NCBI GenBank assembly: GCA_963703955.1
Contig: CAVPGK010000010.1
Span: 192,001-256,000 of the forward strand
Length of the DNA stretch: 64,000 nt
Source: Nitrospirota bacterium
GTDB taxonomy: Bacteria > Nitrospirota > Nitrospiria > Nitrospirales > Nitrospiraceae
Direction: 5' to 3'
The notes below the pieces were generated by a model that worked only from the letters and a program-made list of their open reading frames with translations, searched no databases and was not told the DNA's origin. The translations under genes were made by a program, and so were the position numbers. Shown piece after piece: positions 1-9,609 of the stretch; position 1 is the stretch's first letter, and every line of letters begins with the position of its first letter.

Positions 1-675
1 ATTTCGTCGCCGAATGGCGGCCATCGCCTGTTCGCTCAATGTGAGAGGAGCCAGGCCAGGCGGGCAACTCAGACATTTTTGTGTCGCGCTATAGCATGCG
101 TCGATCCCCCAGTGGTCCACCTGCACCGGCAACCCGCCGAGCGACGTCACGGCATCCACAACGAACAGGGCGTTGTGTTCCCGACAGAGCGCGCCGATCT
201 GTTCAAGGGGTTGAAGCACGCCGGTTGAGGTTTCCGCGTGGACGAGTGCGACAGCCTTCACCGGGCCGGAACGCTTCAACGCGGTCTCGATCGCCTCCGG
301 CTCGATAATCCGTCCCCACGGGGCCTCAACGCGGACACATTTTCCACCGGACCGTTCTACGATAGCGGCCATTCGTGAGCCGAACACGCCGTTGATCCCC
401 ACAAGAACTGAATCCCCGGGCTCGATTAGATTGATCAGCGCGGCTTCCATACCGGCGGAACCGGTTCCCGATACGGCGATGGTAAATGGATTGCCGGTTT
501 GAAAGACGAAACGCAGAAGATCTTGAATCTGGTCCATGATCGAGAGAAAGTCCGGGTCAAGATGACCAACCGGAGGAGTGCTCATCGCCCGCAAGACTCG
601 GGAATGCACCATGCTGGGACCTGGCCCGAGCAGCAGTCGAGATGGGGGAGTCAGTTCATCGAATCGTCTGTTCAT
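1..675 (-). CDS. Class V PLP aminotransferase (alanine-glyoxylate/serine-pyruvate family), 3' end runs off the window
   Basis: Not in the ORF track. Manual minus-strand translation from ATG 675 gives MNRRFDELTPPSRLLLGPGPS...SGTGSAGMEA...VHAETSTG...DAVTSLGG...SATQKCL (PLP lysine motif). Confidence 0.9.
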   Translation of the reverse strand, partial: MNRRFDELTPPSRLLLGPGPSMVHSRVLRAMSTPPVGHLDPDFLSIMDQIQDLLRFVFQTGNPFTIAVSGTGSAGMEAALINLIEPGDSVLVGINGVFGSRMAAIVERSGGKCVRVEAPWGRIIEPEAIETALKRSGPVKAVALVHAETSTGVLQPLEQIGALCREHNALFVVDAVTSLGGLPVQVDHWGIDACYSATQKCLSCPPGLAPLTLSEQAMAAIRRRN

Positions 676-854
676 AGCGGAAAGACCGTGATGCAAACCA
701 ACGGAACGCAAGGAGGAGGCTGTATTATAGCGGACGCTCACAGGGCGATGCTACCGTAAGGAACATGCGGCTATTTGCCGACCTCATCTCTGATCAACGC
801 CAGGAGGTGACCTGTCTCGTGCTATACTCCACCTTTGCTTGATGATAAAGAAGA

Positions 855-2345
855 ATGGTGGACTGTCCTGATAGACCCGACTCGCTTATTCCCTGTTCTG
901 CATATGGCCAGACCGAACTCACTCCGGCAGATGCCCATGATCCTCATTTCTCCCCGGCCATAACGTTCGTGTCGGCGCTCGCCCTGGTGGGGAGTATTCT
1001 GTTTTTCGTGTGGCTCCAATTCACCGTGCCGCCTGTGGAGCGAATCGCGTCAGCGGACCGTGCGCTGGCGTTGATGGTGGGACGGACCATGGAGTTGGAT
1101 GTCGCCTTGGCAGGTGCCCCGGCTTGGGAACGATGGCTGCACGACATGACGACGGATACCGGCGTGGATGAACTGGCGCTGGCCATCACCTGGTACAAGG
1201 AATTAGCCGCGTCGTCGAACCAGCCTCTGGTCCATCTCCAGATGGCGGTGTTGGAGGCAGAAGCGGGCCGACTGGAGCAGGTAGATCAGAAGAGCCGAGC
1301 ATGGACTCATCTGGCTGATCCGTACCCGTTTTTTGCGCGCGTGGTCCGAGGCGCCTATCTGGAACCACGCCAGCGACCCTCGGATGAACAGGGATTGCAG
1401 GCGGAATTGGCAGAAAGGATACCGGCAAGCTGGTTTTACGATCGATTAGCGATCAGTCTCGCTGAGCGAGCCGGCGATGCCGCGTTGCTGTCGGCATCTC
1501 AGGCCTCCTTGGCCGCGCGCGGGGCGCTGTTACTGTGGCGTATCCGGATCTTGACGGCAATTGAACTGCTGTTGATTGTCGCCGGACTCTTCGGCGTGCT
1601 GCTTCTGATAATGAAGATGCGGCAAGGCCCCGGCGCTCGTTTCCTCATGGGAACCGCTTCAATTCCACCGCCCTGGCGAGGGCGGGTCGGTATGGCGGTC
1701 CTTGTGCGAGGGGGAGCGCTCGCCGTTCTGATCTCTGCCGTGTTTCTCTTCATCGATGTGGAAAGCCCGTGGCTTGAGTTGAGTGCGATGCCGATCGCGA
1801 GTCTCCCCTTACTGATAATGGCTCGGCGGCACCTCTTCAAGCCGGCGGGCCTGACATTGTGCCAGGGACTAGGCCTTCAACCGCTTCGATCCGGCCGACG
1901 GAGCCTCGTTCCGGTGTTGCTGGCGCTCGTGGCTATCGGGCTTCTGGGCGAATGGGGACTGGGCGTGTTGGCAGAATGGCTGGATCTCTCCAGTCACTGG
2001 ACCGAGTGGTTTGACCCCGATTTGGTATGGGGGAATGGCCCGGTCTTGGCCATGAGTCTGCTCGAGTTTGTGTTCTTTGCCCCCGTGCTTGAAGAAATTG
2101 TGTTCCGGGGACTGCTCTTCAGCACGCTTCGCCGAAGGTTCGGATGTGGGGCGTCGGCGATTTTCAGCGCGAGTATCTTTGCTGGGGCTCACGGGTATGG
2201 TGCGCTGGGGTTCGCCAGTGTGTTTTGGAGCGGCATGCTTTGGGCGTGGGCTTATGAGAAAACAGGAAGTCTCCTTCCCGGCATCCTGGCGCATGCCCTG
2301 AACAATCTATTGGTTTGCATGACGGTCATCTGGTTTCTTCGTTAG
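855..2345 (+). CDS. CPBP/CAAX family intramembrane metalloprotease with a large N-terminal extension
   Basis: EEIVFRG, FAGAH and HALNN motifs in a multi-TM C-terminus. Confidence 0.85.
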   Translation: MVDCPDRPDSLIPCSAYGQTELTPADAHDPHFSPAITFVSALALVGSILFFVWLQFTVPPVERIASADRALALMVGRTMELDVALAGAPAWERWLHDMTTDTGVDELALAITWYKELAASSNQPLVHLQMAVLEAEAGRLEQVDQKSRAWTHLADPYPFFARVVRGAYLEPRQRPSDEQGLQAELAERIPASWFYDRLAISLAERAGDAALLSASQASLAARGALLLWRIRILTAIELLLIVAGLFGVLLLIMKMRQGPGARFLMGTASIPPPWRGRVGMAVLVRGGALAVLISAVFLFIDVESPWLELSAMPIASLPLLIMARRHLFKPAGLTLCQGLGLQPLRSGRRSLVPVLLALVAIGLLGEWGLGVLAEWLDLSSHWTEWFDPDLVWGNGPVLAMSLLEFVFFAPVLEEIVFRGLLFSTLRRRFGCGASAIFSASIFAGAHGYGALGFASVFWSGMLWAWAYEKTGSLLPGILAHALNNLLVCMTVIWFLR

Positions 2346-2667
2346 TTGGCTTTGGCCCCGAGAACTGGAGCCGTGCGAAAAAATCTGCATCCCCCCTATC
2401 CCGACGAATGGTGGGATCGTAAGGAGGAATAATATGGTTGGAAGATCTTCTATTATCGATCTACGCTTCACTGGATCCAGGCCCAGCCTTTCACCTGCCT
2501 GAGTTCAACGTAGGAAGTTCACCTACAGACTTACACTATAAGTATTATCATTTTTTAGCCTTGATTTATGATTCTGATTTCACTATAGTGTGGTTTCATA
2601 AACCTCGGCGTCGTCATTGCCCGTTACAACCCCCGCGCAAACTCGAATTTCTCTATAGTGAGGCCTT

Positions 2668-3564
2668 ATGAAGCTCAGCGTCATTATTCCCTGTTACAAC
2701 GCGGCCGATGCCATCGGGGAACAACTCAACGCACTTGCAAGCGAGCGTTGGTCTGAGTCGTGGGAAGTCATAGTAGTGGACAATCTCTCGACCGATGACT
2801 CGATGAAAGTTGTGGACAGATACAAGGCCCGTCTGCCCAACCTCCGGATTGTTAACGCACATGACCGGCGTGGCCTGCCATACGCTCGAAATGTTGGCAT
2901 CAGAGCTGCCCGTAGTGAAGCCATTGCCTTCTGTGACGCCGATGACCAGGTTGCTCCAGGCTGGGTGTCGGCCATGGGGAACGCGCTGCAGACGTTCGAT
3001 TTGGTCGCGTGTCGGTTCGAGACCAAGACACTGAATCCGCCGTGGTTAAGTGAAGCACTTGAAAACCGCGTGTGCGGCCAACAACGAGAAGACCTGGCAC
3101 AGAATTGGTACCCCCCATATCTCCCGCACGCGTCAGGCGGCACTCTTGGTATCAGGCGTTCGCTTCATGAAGCGATCGGTGGGTTTGATGAATCCCAACT
3201 ATTTTTGTCGGACACCGACTATTGTTTCCGGGCCCAACTACTTGGCCACAAGTTACATTTTGTGCCTGATGCCGTGGTCCACTATCGCTACCGCACGACG
3301 CTCCGGGGTATCTATATCCAAGCTCGTAACTGGGCGCAATACGATACGCTCCTATTCAAGAAATATGGATACAAAGGCTCTCGAGAACTATGGCGGTGGC
3401 AGGCATACCTGAAGGTTTGTGCGGCGGTGGTCAAGAAGCTGCCTGGTTCGCTGCCTTCACGAGAAGGCAGGGCGGTCTCAATGTGGAGGATGGGGCGCTT
3501 AGTGGGAGCACTCAAGGGAAGTCTTCTGTATCGCGTCCCGCCTGCTGAAATAGAATCATGGTGA
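2668..3564 (+). CDS. Glycosyltransferase family 2
   Basis: SVIIPCYN, VVDNLSTD, ARNVG, FCDADD, GGFDE motifs. Confidence 0.92.
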   Translation: MKLSVIIPCYNAADAIGEQLNALASERWSESWEVIVVDNLSTDDSMKVVDRYKARLPNLRIVNAHDRRGLPYARNVGIRAARSEAIAFCDADDQVAPGWVSAMGNALQTFDLVACRFETKTLNPPWLSEALENRVCGQQREDLAQNWYPPYLPHASGGTLGIRRSLHEAIGGFDESQLFLSDTDYCFRAQLLGHKLHFVPDAVVHYRYRTTLRGIYIQARNWAQYDTLLFKKYGYKGSRELWRWQAYLKVCAAVVKKLPGSLPSREGRAVSMWRMGRLVGALKGSLLYRVPPAEIESW

Positions 3565-3978
3565 GGGCTTGGTGTAAAGCGCATTATCAACGATTTATTT
3601 TTTGGAGTCGTGGTCGAGAGGATCGGGACCCGTGAAACAAGCCTTTTTGAGTCTAAAGCAGACACGCAACAGCCGTTGTGCTCGTATTCGTTATCGGCGT
3701 GTTGGCGTTTTGGACCCCCGGCGCATCAAGCATTCACCGTCTTCCAGCTGACATCCTTACCGCTATTTCCTGGTCTGGACACCTCAACAGGAATTGGTCG
3801 TGCTGAAGACGTCGAAGGCTGACCGACTAACTGCGAGCGCGGTGAAGTTTTTGATTGAAGGTACCGAACGTCAAGATACTTGTGGGGACTTATGGCCGAG
3901 GCAGGGTTTCCGGAGGCTTTTGAGGGGTGATGTAATACTTGAAGGCGGATAGAAGCATGAAGACAAAACAAGAAATTT

Positions 3979-5982
3979 TTAGTTACTAAAAGAAATATGT
4001 TTGGACTTCTCCTTGCTAAATCTAATTACTGTATTTTGTATGGCATCATATTCTATTTTATCAACTGGCATTAGTTCTTCATCTGACCATGGTTCACCCG
4101 ATTTTTTCCAAAGCATTAGAGTAGCATATGTCACGGTCTTTTTTGCATCCGGGGAAAATCGCGATGCAACATTGATAACTTCACTTTCTTCGCTTAACGG
4201 GTTCGACCCTTTCGAATGTATCGTCTCCATCTTATCCCACCCTGTCAACGGCGCCATTGCTAATTGGTAAACTCCATTGTCCATAATTTGAATTTCGTGG
4301 CCGTTAACTTTTCTTGTTTGCCGTTTGATAGAGCCATTCACAACAGGCAAAGCATAATGTCCAAGACGCAATTCAACAGGGTCCGTGCTGAGGTTTCTAT
4401 CGATCCTCAAAATTCCATTAGGTAGCGGTATGTCAGCAAGGTTAAGTCGAATATTCTTGTTAGTCTCTAAAACAGCATCGCGGTAGTAAATACCGTCTTC
4501 AAATTTTATAAAATCATATAGCCGTAAGGGCTCCCATTCATCTTTTGCATTCTTAAAAACATAGCTCATTGCCACCGTGCCATTGCTGCTGTCGGCCTGC
4601 CAGGGAAATGCACTATTGTAAGATAAGCGGTTATAATTCTCACTTCCACGAAACGGTTCTTCTGCCACAGGCACATGGCACCAGGATCTTATTTCCGCGG
4701 CACCAATACCCGGGTAATCGGTAATTAATATATTAGGACCGGTTTGAAATTTGTTATACACAGACCCCTTCTGTAATTCTTTTCCCCATGGGCCTTCATT
4801 CTCCTCGGTTGTCCAAAACAGGTTATTCTCCGGGAGCAATAATCCAAGAAACGCCTTGCCCATCCAAAAAACACTACCGCGGCAACTATAACTTTGAACA
4901 GCTGGCTCAAATGGTCCATAGAAGCCCAGCGTTGGAATATTATCTTCCAGCAAATCCGGGTTTTGGAGGAATTGGAGGATTACGCCTGAAGAAATCCTTC
5001 TCATCCATCCGTAATTGGTGGTTGGATCATTTTCAAAACCCATCATCGGAAATGGTATGATGGCCCCCATACGATAGCTGATACTTCGACCCCACATAAT
5101 CATTTCTCCATTCCTGCTAAACATATAAGGGTAATTATTCTTTACCTCCTTGAAATTAGCCAGGAATTTTGCTGCATATTCGGGATAGTATTTTTTTCCA
5201 AAGACCTCTGACCATAGCATTCCATACATCTGGAATGCCCACATACTGTAATAATCATAAGCCGGATTGTCATCGTACCATCCGCTACCGGTATAATGGG
5301 CCAGTGATTGTTGCAGGTATTCTTCCAGCAATCCTTCGTTCACTTTATATCCCCTGCTCTTGTAAAAACTCAAAACAAAAATGTTAAAAAATTTCCAGTT
5401 GTTAGGAAATGTTGGGCCATCTCCATAGCTAAGCATAGTTGCAGCCAGCCCATCTTTTTGTTTTTGAGTAAGCGGCTCCCACAAAATGTCAGGAATGAAA
5501 AATAACGAAATAGACAATGCCCCGAATTCAACGAGGGTCGAGTCGAGCCAGCCGTTTTTACCCCTTGGTGAGCTACTCGTGGAATCAATCAGCTTTCTTA
5601 GCTGGTGACGGTAGTAGTCCGCCAAGCTGATATTATTGATCTTCAGGTTCGGGTCTTCCTTGAGCAGAGGCATGGCCATGAGCAAAGTGCGGCAAAGACC
5701 TTCCAGGGTTTCAGCGGGTATCTGTCCTTCATCGAGAGGGTAACTTTTCCCTGGCTGTTTAGGAAATTTCATCGGGTCATCAAGGCTATGCACATAACTG
5801 AACGCACCTTCCAGCAGATACATCGCTGCATCCTTCCAATGCCTTCTTGTCATACCCGTAAAAGGACTTAATTCATAATCAGCATTCTTAACCTGAAATA
5901 CCTTAGACTGGGCACCTACAATTCGTTGCCAAACACCAGCAATGAACGCGCCCACCAACCGTGGCCATCCTTCGGTACTCAT
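3979..5982 (-). CDS. DUF2264-like protein (AT-rich, likely horizontally acquired)
   Basis: 667 aa ORF with TRRHWKD, EGLCRT, NNWKFF, GWYDD..YDYYS.WA and WGRSISYR motifs recalled from DUF2264; visibly AT-rich relative to flanks. Confidence 0.75.
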   Translation of the reverse strand: MSTEGWPRLVGAFIAGVWQRIVGAQSKVFQVKNADYELSPFTGMTRRHWKDAAMYLLEGAFSYVHSLDDPMKFPKQPGKSYPLDEGQIPAETLEGLCRTLLMAMPLLKEDPNLKINNISLADYYRHQLRKLIDSTSSSPRGKNGWLDSTLVEFGALSISLFFIPDILWEPLTQKQKDGLAATMLSYGDGPTFPNNWKFFNIFVLSFYKSRGYKVNEGLLEEYLQQSLAHYTGSGWYDDNPAYDYYSMWAFQMYGMLWSEVFGKKYYPEYAAKFLANFKEVKNNYPYMFSRNGEMIMWGRSISYRMGAIIPFPMMGFENDPTTNYGWMRRISSGVILQFLQNPDLLEDNIPTLGFYGPFEPAVQSYSCRGSVFWMGKAFLGLLLPENNLFWTTEENEGPWGKELQKGSVYNKFQTGPNILITDYPGIGAAEIRSWCHVPVAEEPFRGSENYNRLSYNSAFPWQADSSNGTVAMSYVFKNAKDEWEPLRLYDFIKFEDGIYYRDAVLETNKNIRLNLADIPLPNGILRIDRNLSTDPVELRLGHYALPVVNGSIKRQTRKVNGHEIQIMDNGVYQLAMAPLTGWDKMETIHSKGSNPLSEESEVINVASRFSPDAKKTVTYATLMLWKKSGEPWSDEELMPVDKIEYDAIQNTVIRFSKEKSKHISFSN

Positions 5983-5989
5983 CGAGCCG

Positions 5990-6812
5990 CTATTCTATCA
6001 GATCATGGGCGGTGTGGTGTGCAGCCGTGTAGACCCCTCCTGTGATCGTTGGATCAGTGTGACCGACAACCATCATCACCAGATCCCGCGGAACACCGGC
6101 GTTAATCAGACGAGTCACGACGGTATGCCGGAACGAGTGTCAGAGGCCTTTTACCTTTCATACCGACCTTCTCTGGTAGCGTTGGAACCACTTCGTCACC
6201 GAGTCACCGACAGTCTGACGAGCCTTGTTCTTCATCGTTGGTCCTCCTTCACCCCTTCGTAGTCGATGCCGTCAACAGGTTCTTGGCTGAGAAATGATCA
6301 TGGCGGATTGACCAGGAGAAGAAGTGTTTGAGGTCCTTGAGGGCCAGGGTGACTGTTCTCTTCGTCACCCTTGCAACGCCCTGCTGACCTTCGAGACTTC
6401 GGAGCATGTCAGCGATGGGCTTCTCATGAAGCCGGTCAGGAATGCGCCGAGGAAAGCGGCTGAACGTGTCCCTGAACCGGATGCAGTCCGCCTTCACGAT
6501 CTCCTGAACCGGCTTGTCCCCGCCGATGATCTTCACTAAGAAGGCAACGTCCTTCTCGTGGTTCGTACGCTCGTCTCGGTGGCCGTGGTGCGCGAAGTAG
6601 TCCTTGAAAAGCTCCGTGAAAAACCGTGGAGGCGTCAAGAATCCATCACCACCAACAGAGCCAGCGGGAGGAAGAGGAACCGCAGCGCCGCTGCCGTGTT
6701 CCGCTTCGTGGCACTCACCATTCCACCGTTCGATCTCCGCTCTGCAGAGCCGATGGAACGACGACATGGGATTGATTGCCTGAGCGCCGATGCTGTACCA
6801 TTTGGCCTCCAT
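5990..6812 (-). pseudogene. Degraded tyrosine recombinase/integrase
   Basis: ORF 6249-6812 resembles the core-binding region (..TKRTVTLALKDLKHFFSW..). Manual translation from 6139 down gives HSFRHTVVTRLINAGVPRDLVMMVVGHTDPTITGGVY (HxxR, H and Y catalytic boxes). The middle is frameshifted and the first Arg box is missing. Confidence 0.85.
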
Positions 6813-7208
6813 TTGCTGTGCCTCGAAGGGCTTCAGCAGCGGTATTCGTGGGGAGGGAAATCAACGATCTCGGCCAGGATCGGTGTACACCTTCAGGGCA
6901 GAAGCGGGAAAAGGCACGGCCCATTGACCTTCTGTTCGTTATTTGCGAACATTCTATGCTTTCCTAAGCTTTCATCGAAGACCGGAGGACTCGTCTTCCT
7001 TGCACAATTTCTGAGAAAGGGGATTCATACTCGTAACCGTAGCGATGTAAACGTGTGGCTGAATACTCCTGCCTTGATGTATACTTCACGAGGACTGATT
7101 CCTGGCCATGACCGATACCAAAGTCACATTGATCCTCTGCGCTTGCCTTGCTGAGAGCAACCCGTATTGTTGAGAGGTCCAAGGGCTTTGTCAGGAGACA
7201 ATCGCGCC

Positions 7209-9255
7209 ATGAAGCAAGCGTTACCGACCGGCACCGATAAGAAAGGTAAGAAGGTTGCGATCGCCACATTTCTCATCGGCGTGTTGGGCATGACGGCTAT
7301 CTTGGCGGCCATCTGGATCGCCGGCTTGTCAAATGTGGGACATCTCGTCGAGAACATTGTGGCGGCTTACTTCTTGGTCTGGGCACTCGTTGCGCTCTTA
7401 TCCGACCTACCTCGGGAGGAGTTGAGGAAACGCTTCGCTCTCACCACCGTGACAATCATGTCCTGCCTGTTGCTTGTTGAGATCCCTGCGTGGTTAGGGG
7501 TCGTCGATTATCGCCATCGTCTTCAAGAGCCCGGGTTTATACATGTGGGAAGAGCCTGGGAAAGTCTCCGACGATGAGTTGGTCTGGGTTCACGAGCCGC
7601 ACTATCGTGTGAGCGGAAAATACGTGCGAGGAAACTTGGGAGAAGCACTCTGTCTTCCACCCAACACTCCGCAGGAGTATGACCTGATATATGATCAGCA
7701 TGGATTTCGGAACGAGGCGGATTTGGTGACGGCCGACATCGCCGTGGTGGGTGATTCCTATGTGGAGGCGCCCATGACACCCACCCCGTTCTTGATGACA
7801 TCCGTATTAGGAGTGTTGGAGAACGCCACGGTCGCGAACCTTGGACTGTCTGGATACGGTCCGCAGCAGGAATTGGCGACCTTGAAACGATACGCGCTCC
7901 CGCTCAACCCTAAAACCATCGTCTGGCTGTTTTACGAGGGGAATGACCTCCCCAATGTCTATGGATATGAGAGAGATATCGCAGCGTTGACCAATGACAC
8001 TCGATTCATGCCGTGGATGCGCTCGTTCAGCAGAAACGCTGTGTTGGCTCTTGGCCGCATCCAGCGGGGATGCGTCCCAGAGGATCGCCTTGCAAAGCGT
8101 TACGCGATCGTACGACAACCTGACGGAAGCCAGGCGCGAGTCCATTTTGCCATCGATGGTGCGACCCTTTCGGAGAAAGATTTGACCCTTTCGGAGAGAG
8201 ATTTGAAAGCCTTGGGCAGGACCGGTTCGATGCTTGAAGAGGCCTATCGCCTCTGTCGAGAGCGAGGCATTCGGTTCGTGGTGGTGTTCGTGCCGGAGAG
8301 ACATCGCGTCTACGACGGTCTCCCCACTGTGGTAGAAGTGTCCGACGAGGTCAAACAGTGGGTCGTCAACGACCTGCCGGAACGGCTCCGCGCAACCGTG
8401 GCGGATATCTCACCCGATATCTCTTATGTCGATTTGACCACGATCTTCAGAACCGAGGTAGAGAAAGACGCGGTCGTGTTCCTGCCGGATGACACACACT
8501 GGACGGTCGAGGGGCATAGGATTGCGGCCCGGGCAGTCCATGACCTCGGGGTGAAGAGTCCAATCTTTGTCGTAAAACAGCATGGGGATCAGCTCACGGA
8601 GCAGGTCGCGCTGATGGTTCGAGGTCCCGATGGCACGATCCGGTATTGGAGCAAAGGAGCTGAACGGCTGTACGGATGGACCCGAGAAGAGTCGCTGGGA
8701 GACAGTTCACACCGCCTGCTGAAAACCAGCTTTCCGAAGCCGCTCCGGAGCATTGAAGCGGAGCTGCTCAAGACCGGGCACTGGAAGGGCACACTGGTGC
8801 ACCAGCGCCGCGATGGCTCGCAAGTGACGGTGGCCAGCCGCTGGGAGGTACAGCGTTATGGGAAGGATCGGTCCACCACAGCGGTTGAAATCAACGGGGA
8901 GCCGGTCGTAGAACAACCGAAAGACCAGTTCACGGAGGATATGGCGCTGATCGTTCGAGGTCCGGACGGTACGATTCGCTACTGGAACAAAGGCGCCGAA
9001 TACCTGTACGGATGGGCCCCACGAGAGACGCTGGGGGACAGTTCACACCGCCTGCTGAAAACCATCTTTCCGAAGCCGCTCCAGAGCATTGAAGCGGAGC
9101 TGCTCAAGGCTGGACACTGGGAAGGCACACTGGTGCACCAGCGCCGCGATGGCTCGCAAGTCACGGTGGCCAGCCGCTGGGAGCTACAGCTTAGTTCGAA
9201 GGACCAGTCCGCAACAATCGTTGAAATCAACAGGGATCGCCAGAGAGACGGCTAG
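7209..9255 (+). CDS. Membrane-anchored SGNH/AlgX-AlgJ-like O-acetyltransferase/esterase with two C-terminal PAS domains (frameshift near 7514)
   Basis: Removing one C at about 7514 joins ORF 7167-7577 (about 3 TM) to 7543-9255 as ..DYRIVFKSPGLYMWEEPGK. SGNH blocks GDSY, GLSGYG, EGND, DDTHW; PAS-PAC repeats IRYWxKGAExLYGW..HQRRDGSQVTV. Confidence 0.75.
8164..8205 (+). repeat. 21-bp in-frame tandem duplication (TLSEKDL/TLSERDL)
   Basis: ACCCTTTCGGAGAAAGATTTG followed by ACCCTTTCGGAGAGAGATTTG. Confidence 0.9.
8590..9231 (+). repeat. Tandem duplication of a PAS-coding module, 336-bp period
   Basis: 8590-8895 and 8926-9231 share long identical runs such as GGCACACTGGTGCACCAGCGCCGCGATGGCTCGCAAGT and GACAGTTCACACCGCCTGCTGAAAACCA. 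Confidence 0.92.
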
Positions 9256-9609
9256 AGGCACGGCTCTCTCGCCCACCGCGCCAGTGAAGACTGGAAATCT
9301 CAGACAACTCCCATTGGCCGACAAAAGAACGCCCTGAGCCCCGTTCCCCTACCCACACGAACAGCGAACTTGGAAGCCCCGCCCTGCGGGAAGAGAAGAA
9401 GAGCTCGGTCTACCGCGATCAGGCTTCTGCGATGTTAAGATGACCGTATGGTGCTCCCACCCTGAGTCAGGGGGCTACACTGTGGCTATCATCTACTGTG
9501 GACCCCGAAGGTACTGGAAAAGAGATCCGGAGGTGAGGGACGATTTGCGGTGGGATGAGTAACTTCGTGTGGCGGTCAATGATCTGTTTTGCGATCTGTT
9601 AGGCTGAGC

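Noticed and set aside
9434..9480. tRNA 3' end or att site (minus strand GGGAGCACCA)
   Set aside because: No T-loop or cloverleaf and no second copy in the window.
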